A DNA stretch of 24,797 nucleotides from Seison nebaliae (taxonomy: Eukaryota), in assembly GCA_023231475.1 (NCBI GenBank), contig JALJEE010002733.1, positions 186,001 to 210,797 on the forward strand. The letters run 5' to 3'. The translations under genes and the position numbers were made by a program. The notes beneath the pieces were generated by a model that saw only the letters and a program-made list of their open reading frames with translations, was not told where the DNA came from and did not search any database. Below, piece by piece: positions 12,459 to 22,304 of the stretch. The number at the start of each line of letters is the position of its first letter. Position 1 is the stretch's first letter.

Positions 12459-14750
12459 TTGAGGATGACGAAAGATTTGTTGGAGAATATTAATTCGAAC
12501 TATGTCGAATCGGTGAAGGGTACACAGGAAAATGGATCATCATCAGTGACCAAAGGGGATGGTTCCACCAATTCTCATGTGTTGCAGGAATATGAGAAGA
12601 GACGAAAGAAGAAGCGACATACTCACAAGAATCAGCAGAGTCATCAGAATTCGAATCAATCAGCAACGGTGGAGAATCGTGGTAATGCAACGACGACGGC
12701 AACGACGACCACTTCGAATGAATTCCTTCTTACGAATCATGAACAAGTGTTTCTGTTGGAATTGGAGAAGAGATTGAATAAAGAAGGAGATTATCGTGTT
12801 GGTGACAAAGCTTTCTCCAAATGGTATGAAGATAACAATTATTATTTGACAACTGTTCGAGCTGGTGATACTCATGAGAATATGATGAAGAAAGATAATG
12901 ATTATTTAAATTTATCAATGAAATATTTGAAGGAATCGACATTGGGGAATGTTGAGAAGAATATTCAATTGAAATCGAATGAAAAAGATTCATCAAATAA
13001 AAAAGGAATTGAAAATCGAAAGAAAAGAAATGAATCGATTACATTCGATTTAAATGGAAATTCTATTTTTCCTAATAACAACAACAACAATAATAATAAT
13101 AATAATAATAATCAAAAAAAGAAGAAAGGGAAAAAGATTGAAGATGTTATTATTGTTGATGATAATGGTGATGATGATGATGAGGATGAAGATGATACAG
13201 TTATTGATGAGAAAAAGAAAGAACAATTAAGAAAAGAAGAAAATATCATTGTGGTATTGGAGGAAGGAAGTGCGAGAAAAGTGGAGAAAGGAATCAAGAA
13301 GAAAGAGAATGAGAAGATTGTAATTGTGAAGGTTGATGGTGATGGTGATGGTAAGAAGAAGAATGAGAAGAAAACGGAGAATAAAGAAAAGAAGAAAAAT
13401 GAAGGAGTGAAAGGTGAAGAGGGGAAAGTTGTCGTAACTAATGACGATAAAATGGGATCGATTGAGGATGTCCTATCAGATAATAGTGATACAAATGATG
13501 ATGATAAAGAATCGAAGAGTTCTTTGGTCCATGCGGCGAAAGAGAAGAATAAGATCCTTCAAAAAATTCTTTTCTTCTCTCCATTGGGACAATGTTCGAA
13601 GAAACAATCCAATTCTATTAATGAAAGTACTGCTGGTGACGTATCAGCTGATATGGAGAATAATCCTGTAGAAAATGGGACAACATATCATCAATCTGAT
13701 GATACAAATGTCCCACTTTCTAGATTGGAGATGAATGAAGAAGAATCTATTCTCGATGCTAATTCCAACATCAGTATCGATGTATCAATTCAAGAGCCGA
13801 TTGTTAATGGTAAATTGGAACCTCTCATCGTCAACAAATCAGACGACAATAACAACAACATGAATAAAGAAGATGAATTGAAGAAAGAAATGAAAAATGT
13901 TTCACTTTCACCCAAAATTCAAAATGGTGTAACTCAATCCAAATCTGTTCAATCAAAATCATCACAAACTCAATCAGCGAAAGGTGTCAATCAATCAGCT
14001 CAAGTAGTCAATGGAACGTTGCCAGATGTTGATGTAATTGAAACGGAAAAGGAGATATCAAACAATCAATTAGAATTGGAATATTCAGATAAAACGCAAT
14101 TGAAGTTATTGAATGGATTGTCGATTGGCGATATGTCGATTGGGAAAAGTGTTTTCTGTCCCAATGATACATGTGAAGAATCGACAGAGAATTCATCTGA
14201 TTCTCTCATTGTCGATACGGCGGCTAAAGGAATGTTGGATAATGATATGAAGGTATATAAGATCATTTATGATAATTATGGTAATTATGATTATAAGTTG
14301 AATAATGATTTGGTTCCACTTCATCATCTCCGTCATCTCAAATCGGCTTTGAATGAATCGTTATCGGTGAAAAAGAAAATTTTGAAAAAATTAAAAAATG
14401 ATCATCGAAAGATTTGGGAAGAAATATCGAATCGAACACCAACGAAAATGGTAAATGGAAAGAATCAGAAGAAGAAAGAAGAAACTGAATCACAAATGAA
14501 TGACAATCGATTGAATCAATTGATCGAAGAGAATCGAAGGAAGATGTCCGATTTCTCTTATAAAGATTTGTTGGAAGAATTGAAACGAATGGGTGAGAAG
14601 AAAGAAGATGTAAGTAGTCGATTAAGTCAAGAGATATTGTTTTATGAGAAATCGATTCCACCCAATGATGAGAAAGATGTTTCATTGGAACATCTTCTCA
14701 AATTCTATTTCATGGCAGGATATATGAGAGGATTATATGAGACGAAATGA
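12459..14750 (+). CDS. smn: Survival motor neuron (SMN)-like protein with a split Tudor domain and C-terminal YG box. One or two short 5' exons probably lie between 12259 and 12457 (not resolved)
   Basis: Tudor first half YRVGDKAFSKWYEDNNYYLTTV (12792-12857) resembles human SMN [22 protein letters not shown]. Second half VYKIIYDNYGNYDYKLNNDLVPL (14253-14321) resembles [22 protein letters not shown]. C-terminal LEHLLKFYFMAGYMRGLY resembles the YG box LGSMLISWYMSGYHTGYY. The ORF is preceded by an acceptor-like CAAACAG ending at 12457. Confidence 0.75.
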   Translation: MRMTKDLLENINSNYVESVKGTQENGSSSVTKGDGSTNSHVLQEYEKRRKKKRHTHKNQQSHQNSNQSATVENRGNATTTATTTTSNEFLLTNHEQVFLLELEKRLNKEGDYRVGDKAFSKWYEDNNYYLTTVRAGDTHENMMKKDNDYLNLSMKYLKESTLGNVEKNIQLKSNEKDSSNKKGIENRKKRNESITFDLNGNSIFPNNNNNNNNNNNNNQKKKKGKKIEDVIIVDDNGDDDDEDEDDTVIDEKKKEQLRKEENIIVVLEEGSARKVEKGIKKKENEKIVIVKVDGDGDGKKKNEKKTENKEKKKNEGVKGEEGKVVVTNDDKMGSIEDVLSDNSDTNDDDKESKSSLVHAAKEKNKILQKILFFSPLGQCSKKQSNSINESTAGDVSADMENNPVENGTTYHQSDDTNVPLSRLEMNEEESILDANSNISIDVSIQEPIVNGKLEPLIVNKSDDNNNNMNKEDELKKEMKNVSLSPKIQNGVTQSKSVQSKSSQTQSAKGVNQSAQVVNGTLPDVDVIETEKEISNNQLELEYSDKTQLKLLNGLSIGDMSIGKSVFCPNDTCEESTENSSDSLIVDTAAKGMLDNDMKVYKIIYDNYGNYDYKLNNDLVPLHHLRHLKSALNESLSVKKKILKKLKNDHRKIWEEISNRTPTKMVNGKNQKKKEETESQMNDNRLNQLIEENRRKMSDFSYKDLLEELKRMGEKKEDVSSRLSQEILFYEKSIPPNDEKDVSLEHLLKFYFMAGYMRGLYETK
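13073..13112 (+). repeat. Coding (AAC/AAT)n trinucleotide run encoding poly-Asn in the SMN-like insert
   Basis: aataacaacaacaacaataataat... translating to a run of N. Confidence 0.9.
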
Positions 14751-14915
14751 TTCCATTTCCATAAATTGAACGAGAGAAATGAATGGGAAAAGAAATAAAT
14801 AATAAAAAATATTTTCCATTTTTCCTACACATTATATAAACGAAAACCATTTTCATTCTCTTCTTTTCTTCTTTCTTTCAGGTTTCTTCTTTCTCCATTT
14901 TTGTTCCAATTACAG

Positions 14916-17465
14916 ATGAATGACGGATTACCAGCACCGATTAATGCGGAAGATGAATGGATTGAATTACAAGATGATCATGATCGATCTTATTATTTCA
15001 ATCGATATACTGATGAAGTACGATGGGAGAAACCGAATGTTTTAAGAAAGACTGAGTTGGAGAAGGAACTCGCCAAATTGCCATGGCGAACTTATTATGA
15101 TGATAATGGTGCACCTTATTATCATAATATGAAGACGAAAGAAACTCGTTGGAAGAAACCGGAAGAGATGGTAGAAGTGGAGAAACAATGTCAATTAATA
15201 AAATTAGGTAAATTGACAAAATCGATTATTGATGAAACGAATGAACTTTTCTCTTCTAATCAATCATCTCCGATGGATGATACGTCGTCATGTCGTTCAC
15301 CATCCTCATGTTGTACTAGTTCCAGTTTACCTGATTCGGAAAAGGCAACAGCCAACAAAGATTATCAAATGAAATTCTCCACTACTAAAGAAGCGATGGA
15401 AGCATTTAAATGTTAATCTAATCATAATTTTATCAGGTATGGTTTGATGGTTTATTTACAGGTTTATTAAAGGAGAAGAATGTTCCATCCAATGCGTCAT
15501 GGGAGAAGGCCAAATCGATTATTGAGAACGATAAACGATATCGATTTTGTTTGAAATCATTTCCGGAGAAGAAGCAAGCATTCAACGCTTATAAAACTCA
15601 AAAACAGAAGGAAGAGAAAGATGCAGAACGAATGAGAATTCGTGAGAATAAATCGAAATTGGAGAATTTCTTAAAGAATGAACAACGTGTCACTTCATCC
15701 ACTTCTTATAAGTTCAATTTATTATTTCTATATTTTTACTATTTCATTATCATTATCATATCATTAGTAAAGCGAATATTATGTTTATGCATTGTGGAAC
15801 TTGGACGAATGTTAATGAGAATGATCGAATGGATATATTCCGTGAGATGGTGAGAGAAAAAGCGAAAATTGAACGAGTTCTTTAAATTTCCATCATCAAT
15901 TTCCATCATTTCTATTCGTTTATAGGATAAAGTAAAAGATTTAACAAGAAGAAATCGAAGAAAATTAAAAGAGATTTTAGTCAACATGAAATCTGTTCGA
16001 TACAATACTAGTTGGAATGCTTTCCGCACCATTCTTCCCACTATACCCGAGTATAAGAATACTGAATTAGAAAGTTAAATTTTTCCTAGTTAATTATTTA
16101 GAATTCTCATTTTATGTCTCCGCCCTTTTCAGCTATGGACAAAGAACAGGCATTGAAAGTATTCATTGATCATATCCGATCGTTAGAGAGATCGTTAGAG
16201 AGTGACATCGAACAGAATAAACGGATTAATCGAGAAAAAGATAGAAATCATCGACACGACTTTCTTGTTAGTTTTTTCTATTATTTTTTCCCTCCTAATT
16301 CCATTGAACATTTTATAAATTGTTATTTTTTAGAAATTACTTTCTCATTATTTTCGAGATGGAAAAATTAATCATATGACGAAATGGAAAGAAATCTATC
16401 CGGATTTGAAAGAAGAACGAATATTCCAGGAAATTGTCCTACGTTGCGATTACAGCAGTTCCATATCCACATCTAATCCATTGGATCTCTTCAAAATGTA
16501 TATGGCTGAATTGAAAGATAAGTTCTCGGCAGAAAGGAAAATCATCAAGAAGATTCTTCATGAGAAATTGTACACACTGACTGTGGACGAAACGTTCGAC
16601 GATTTCTACAAAGTCATTCAAAATGATCATCGTCTTCATAATCTCAATCTGGGCAATATACGTTTGACGTTCGATTCGGTTAGTTCCATTTTTTTCAAAT
16701 AATTCTTTCTTCTAATTTTTTCTTTTAAATTCTCATCGGCAGTTATTTGCTAAAGCTCTCGAACGACAAACGGAGAAGGAGAAAGAAGAATTGAAGAGAA
16801 TTGCCAAATTGGAGAATAGTTATTTGTTAATCTTAAAATTTTATTTGGACAAAGAAGGAGATACTCGTGTGTATGACGAGGTTGACAAACGTCGGGCAGA
16901 ACAATCATCATCATCATCATCATCATCGAATGAAGAGAAGGATAAGAATGATGAAGAGATGGAAGGAGGAAAATCGAAAATATCGAAAATTCAACGTCAT
17001 TCTAAAGTCATAATGGAAGTGACGACATTTGAAGAATTTGAAGAATATGCGAAAACAGCTTTAGAAGTATATATGTTGATATGGAATAAACTCTCTCCCC
17101 TCACTATCAATAAGGATCGATTAATATTTCCTTTAGATACGATATCGAAACATAAAAAAGTTTTTTCACAATTCCAATCAAATGAACAAAGAAAAAAATT
17201 ATTTTTAGCGTTTATTGATGATTTGAAAAAGCGAGATCTCAAATTAGTTAAAATTAAACAAAGTCCAGAAGATGGTGAAATGTCAATGACGGACTCTGAA
17301 TCCGACAACGGTGACAAATACAAAAGTTATGTTGAAGAGGAGGGAGAGATTGTGGATGATGATCGAAAACGATCGAAGAATTCGACGGAAGAAGAAGATT
17401 ATTCATCCGAATCAGACTATGAAAATTCCAGAAAATATCGAAAGAAACGGAAGAATTATCATTGA
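14916..17465 (+). CDS. prp40: Pre-mRNA processing factor 40 (PRP40/PRPF40): two WW domains plus FF repeats, ~734 aa. Introns 15412-15461, 15712-15767, 15877-15925, 16074-16132, 16267-16333, 16679-16742 (possible extra in-frame intron 17067-17114)
   Basis: WW1 [26 protein letters not shown] and WW2 [26 protein letters not shown]. Spliced FF1 [34 protein letters not shown] matches PRPF40[31 protein letters not shown]. Also [38 protein letters not shown]. Six introns restore a continuous frame. Confidence 0.93.
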
Positions 17466-17555
17466 GAAAGGAAGAAAATGGTTCTATTCTGAGAATTAAA
17501 CGAATATTGTTTTGTTTTGTTTTCTAAGAAAAAATTTAATTTTTACACTTTTCTT

Positions 17556-17599
<44 letters not shown>
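17556..17599. repeat. (ATG/GAT)n microsatellite, about 14-15 units
   Basis: Perfect atgatgatg... run between the convergent PRP40 and MAO-like stop codons. Confidence 0.97.
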
Positions 17600-17600
<1 letters not shown>

Positions 17601-17732
17601 ATATGATGAACAGTTTTTCGACAAATCGAATCTTTTTTTTTTATGAAATAGATGATGAGTATGAAATGAGCATTGAATGAAGGAAGAATGAAAGGAGAAA
17701 AAAAACTACGAAAGAATGTGAAATTTTGTGTG

Positions 17733-19376
17733 TTATAAGAATGACTTTCTAATCAAGTAAGCAGAGAGGAGAGCTAATGAGAAAACTGTCGTTGCATAGG
17801 AAGTGATAAGAAGTGTTGGAATTGAAGGGACATTCCTCTCCAACCAATTTAGTTGTTTCAAATCGTTCGATTCGAATCGTCTTCTTGCTGTTGCTGCATC
17901 CGTCAACAATTCGGTTAATTCGTCGATATTCGAATTTTCTAATTCACTCGCTGTTATTAATCCCATATTGAAAAGGATTTCTCTTGCACTTCTCTCTCCA
18001 CTTGTTATTGCTCCCTCTAATTTACCATATCCTCGAATGGCTGTCGCATTTCCTGAAAAATGGATATTGTTATGAGGACGTCTCAAATATTTTGCATATT
18101 TGGTGAGGACACCTGGTGCGAAATATTCTCCATGTACAGCACCTATCCATGGTCGATTAGCCCAATATCTCTCATCATACATCACAACTTCAAGTGCAGC
18201 GTCTGTATCGAAGAGAGCATTGATCGAATGAAGAATGGCTGCTTTACGATCATCTGAACTTCGTCTCATTAATTCGATGGATTTCTCTGTAAATACCATA
18301 GCTCTCAATACATAAATTGATTTGCCATTCTTCTTCGCATTAGGCAATGAAGCGTCACTAATCCAAGAAACGGCAAGGTCATGACGATCTATACGACCGA
18401 AACCACTACATCCCATTTCCTTCCAAAAACATCGATGATATGCAACGAGAGCAATGAGGACACTAGGACCGGGAACACGTTGCATTAATTGCATTCGTTC
18501 CATAGGCAAATTTGGACGGAACATAATTTTCGATTGTGATTCCAACGAATTCGATAGAATCACATGTTCACAATGTATGACGAGATCATTGTCGTTGAGA
18601 AGGATTTTATATTGATAATTCTCATAGAGAACTCTCGCTACCGAACCGATAACTTTCCGACAATTTTTATTTAAAAGATTCGCAAAATCAATCGATGAGA
18701 TGGGAATATGTGATCGATCCGAATCGCCAATTGTTAGAGTTGAATGAAAAAGTCGACCCAAACCTCCCAATTGTCTCGAAATCCAAATGAACCAAAGAAG
18801 TGATGCATCCCACGGATCAACGCCACCAACTCGATTGACGATCGAATGTAATAAACGACGTCCATGTCTTGTCCACAAATATCGTTGAGCGAAATCGTGA
18901 ACTGTTTGACGATCCCATAAATTGGCATTGGGTGAATTCCATGGAGCTGTGACGGGCACTTCGATAGCCATTCTATTCACTAAACGTACTAATCGAATAA
19001 TGTCTAACCAGACGAGTGGCGATCGAAATGGACATGGCCAGAATGATGCGATTTTTTGTGCAATCGACTTAGCTCGACTGTTAGGCGATGTGAGAGAAAG
19101 GAATGCTCCATTTTTCAAATTCAATTGTGGTTCAATTTCAAATTCTTTCAAAATATCATCAAACGAATTAGTTTGACCATCAATATCCATATCACTAATC
19201 TCACCACCAACAGCATTATCATCAAATCGCTGACCGAATGGTAACAATTTTTCTTGTTCATTCGGATCGATAATGATGACATCCACTTCGTAACTGCGGA
19301 GAAGGTGACCGGCAGCACATCCACTAAGTCCCCCGCCTACAATCGCTACTGTACAACGTTGCTCTGGTTGACTCAT
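17733..19376 (-). CDS. Flavin-containing monoamine oxidase (MAO-A/B)-like protein, 547 aa, intronless, catalytic residues degenerate
   Basis: Rossmann motif VAIVGGGLSG. MAO-specific segments APWNSPNANLWDRQT, ASLLWFIW, KIMFRPNLPMERMQLMQRVP, YFAPGVLTKY, IHFSG..EGAITSGERSAREIL. C-terminal WLERNVPSIPTLL followed by a hydrophobic anchor, as in animal MAOs. Confidence 0.9.
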   Translation of the reverse strand: MSQPEQRCTVAIVGGGLSGCAAGHLLRSYEVDVIIIDPNEQEKLLPFGQRFDDNAVGGEISDMDIDGQTNSFDDILKEFEIEPQLNLKNGAFLSLTSPNSRAKSIAQKIASFWPCPFRSPLVWLDIIRLVRLVNRMAIEVPVTAPWNSPNANLWDRQTVHDFAQRYLWTRHGRRLLHSIVNRVGGVDPWDASLLWFIWISRQLGGLGRLFHSTLTIGDSDRSHIPISSIDFANLLNKNCRKVIGSVARVLYENYQYKILLNDNDLVIHCEHVILSNSLESQSKIMFRPNLPMERMQLMQRVPGPSVLIALVAYHRCFWKEMGCSGFGRIDRHDLAVSWISDASLPNAKKNGKSIYVLRAMVFTEKSIELMRRSSDDRKAAILHSINALFDTDAALEVVMYDERYWANRPWIGAVHGEYFAPGVLTKYAKYLRRPHNNIHFSGNATAIRGYGKLEGAITSGERSAREILFNMGLITASELENSNIDELTELLTDAATARRRFESNDLKQLNWLERNVPSIPTLLITSYATTVFSLALLSAYLIRKSFL

Positions 19377-19799
19377 TCTTCTCTATTTGACGAAAAGTAA
19401 TGTTGAGATGAATGAAATTTCTTTTAAAAAAAAATAATGAATTATGTTGAATGAGATCTTCTCTTCTTTTATTCACAATTTATAGTTAGAGAGTGTAGAT
19501 GAGAAATGCCAATTATTATTTCCATTTACAAGAAAGAGTTCCTCTTTTTCTCAATAGTCATTTCAAATTTTCTGATAAGTGAAAAGTTGAAATTTTTTGA
19601 ATGATTTTTAAAGAAATTTCTATTTGGAGACCAATCAAAATTTTTGGCTTTACCCCAATTCTCCACAACTGCAAACATTTCTTCTAGAATTTCCGTTATT
19701 TTCTTCTATTTCCATAATTCTGATTGTTCACTTTCTTTCCAATTTCAATATCTTCTTGAGGAATGGAAGGAATTGGATATAGAAAAATTATGGAAATGA

Positions 19800-19878
19800 A
19801 CCGAATAATTATGTTCAATGTAGTGTGGAGCGAAATGGAAATTAATCGATGGAAACGAATCATTAATAATTATTCGGT
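19800..19878. repeat. 13-bp perfect inverted repeat with 53-nt spacer
   Basis: accgaataattat (19800-19812) and ataattattcggt (19866-19878). Confidence 0.85.
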
Positions 19879-22111
19879 GAGGTCAACAGAGATAATTTCA
19901 AAAAGTTTTCTATTATTGACAACAAATCGGTTGGAATTTTAAGTAAGAAAAAGTGTAGTGTGGAGAATGTTGTTAAGAAGTTTATGAATTAATTTTTTTT
20001 CGTCATTTATTGGAGATTGCGTCGTTAGAAAGAATAGAAGTTGTTTAGTTTAGTTTTAAAGAATTATTCATAGTTTCATTGCTTCCGAATTGAATTTATA
20101 GTCGAATTCATTCGAATAATCGACAAGATGATAATGAAGAAAAGATTTTTTAATGAATTTTGATGGTGAATTTTTTAAAAGTTATTTTAATTTACACTTT
20201 CTTATTTGAATCGACGTCCTCACATAATTGTGCGTCTTCTCTCGTCTAATTAAGATAATATTAGACAATTTCAAATAAGTGGAATAAATAAACAAGAATT
20301 CATTAAATTCTTCTTACTCATCCTTAGAATGACTCGGACTGTTAGCACCAACATCTCTCTCATCCACATTTGAGTGTAGTCGAGTAGAAGATTCAGGCTA
20401 GCGAGCTAGTCGACTTGTTAGTTAGCTGAGTCGTAAGTTAGTTAATGCGAGGTCCTCCCATTATGTATCGTGACTGGAGTTGAATGCTATAAAGGTATAT
20501 CCAGTGTGGTGTATGAAAATGTTGTGTAGGAATGGTGGAGTGGGAGGTCTGTATATGTGTCTTATCTTGATATGAAGCGATGTGTGCTTATGTGTTGTGA
20601 GGGAACAGGAATGAAAATAATGAGAAATTAGAAATAAATAAATAATGGAGAATGAATGCCAATTGATGGCACGCTTCCATACACATCGTCATATTTGTAG
20701 ATGTATTGATAAAGCTATAAAACAGCAAATGTAGAAGAAGAAGAAAATGGTAATTGAAGAGAATGTAGAAGGGTAAAAGCGAATAAATGAAGTAAAATAA
20801 ATGAAACGGAACGTTCAACAGAATATAATGAACTAGAAAGGAATGAAGCGTTACACTGATGCTTTCTTCCAATTCTGCTTCGTTCCGACATTATTCCTTT
20901 TTTTCCTTCTTATATTTCATTCTCCTTCATTAAATATCATGAAATTCTACTTCACAAACCATTCTCCTTTTTTCCCAGCGTTTTTTTTTTATTCTCTTCC
21001 ATTCCTTCCCCATTTTTATCTAATTGGAATGAACGGATCTAATTGATCAGAATTCTACTCATTAACTAACGTTATATCTCCTAATCACAATCCCATTATC
21101 ACACCTAATTATCACGCAACAAACTTTTCCTCATATCAACAAACCCTGTACAATGTCACCATTGACAATAATCTACCAAATTTATCCATTAAATTATTAT
21201 TGTAGCTCTAATGTAAATTTCCTTTTAAACATTTTCTTTTTTAACGAAAATTATATAACGATTTAAGAACTATTATTAGAAAACTATTTCTAGAATATTT
21301 TCTATTTCCCAAAACTATTTTCCAAATTAGAAAGTATTTAAATTGAGGAGATGATATTCATCGAATCATTAATTCCTCATATTCGATGAGTGATAAGGTA
21401 AATTGTTTAGTGTGATAATTGATTTCAATTTCTGGCATCGTTTCCTTTTTTTCAGGAAAAAAAGAATCATCATTTCCACTTGTTTCCGATTGGAATCGTA
21501 TGAATTGATTAAGAATTTTTTCCTCTTTCACTCATTCCCGTTTGATTCTGTGAATATGAATGTGATCAAGTGAGATCGATCAATCGTTATTCATCATTAC
21601 ATGAGTGATTACTCATTTTTGCATATACTCCATCTGCACTTGTATCATTTGTTGTCATGCTTCGCTTATTATGTCAAACAGACTAATAAATATGTACGTG
21701 ATGAGATATTGTTGTTTTTATTGGTGCTACCATTCCTTCTCATGATTGGAATGATGTATAAACTACTAGTTCAACCATTTCCCCTTCTTTTTTCGTTATT
21801 CTTGTTCTTCTTCTTTTTGTTGTTCTTGTTGTTTTTATTAGCTAATTATTATTTCTTATATTCATCGACAATAAAAAATGTCATATGTCTTATATAATTT
21901 TGAACGAAAAAGAAGAAAATTTCTTTTTCGAATATTATGAGAACATATTTCCTCATATGAGCACCATCCTTTCATCCATCCTTTCATTCACTTATTCCAA
22001 CATTGAACATGAATTTTAAATCGAAATATATTTCTTTTAACGTCTGCTACATCTATTGAACCAACAAATGGAGTTGGAAGATCATTTACAAAAGTTTTCA
22101 ATAATGATAAT

Positions 22112-22156
22112 TAAATTGAATAATAGATAAATTGAATAATAGATAAATTGAATAAT
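22112..22156. repeat. 16-bp tandem repeat, 2.8 copies
   Basis: Unit taaattgaataataga at 22112 and 22128, partial at 22144. Confidence 0.95.
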
Positions 22157-22255
22157 TATGAATTAGAATTTTTGAAGATTTAAAATCATTAGATCGACTC
22201 CAATCATATGCATCGATAAGTGGAGAATATATAAATAAGAGACGGAAGAATTGAC

Positions 22256-22304
22256 TGGATGGATGGATAAATAGATAAATAGATAGATAGATAGATAGAT
22301 AGAT
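22256..22304. repeat. Compound (GGAT)n/(TAGA)n tetranucleotide microsatellite
   Basis: tggatggatggataaatagataaatagatagatagatagatagatagat. Confidence 0.93.

Noticed and set aside
17067..17114. Possible 48-nt in-frame GTATAT..AAG intron in PRP40
   Set aside because: The frame is open either way and nothing requires its removal. Excluded from the donor count (including it gives 25/27 GTT).
22112..22304. Repeats as a CRISPR-like or telomeric array
   Set aside because: Simple head-to-tail mini/microsatellites without spacers, in a eukaryotic context
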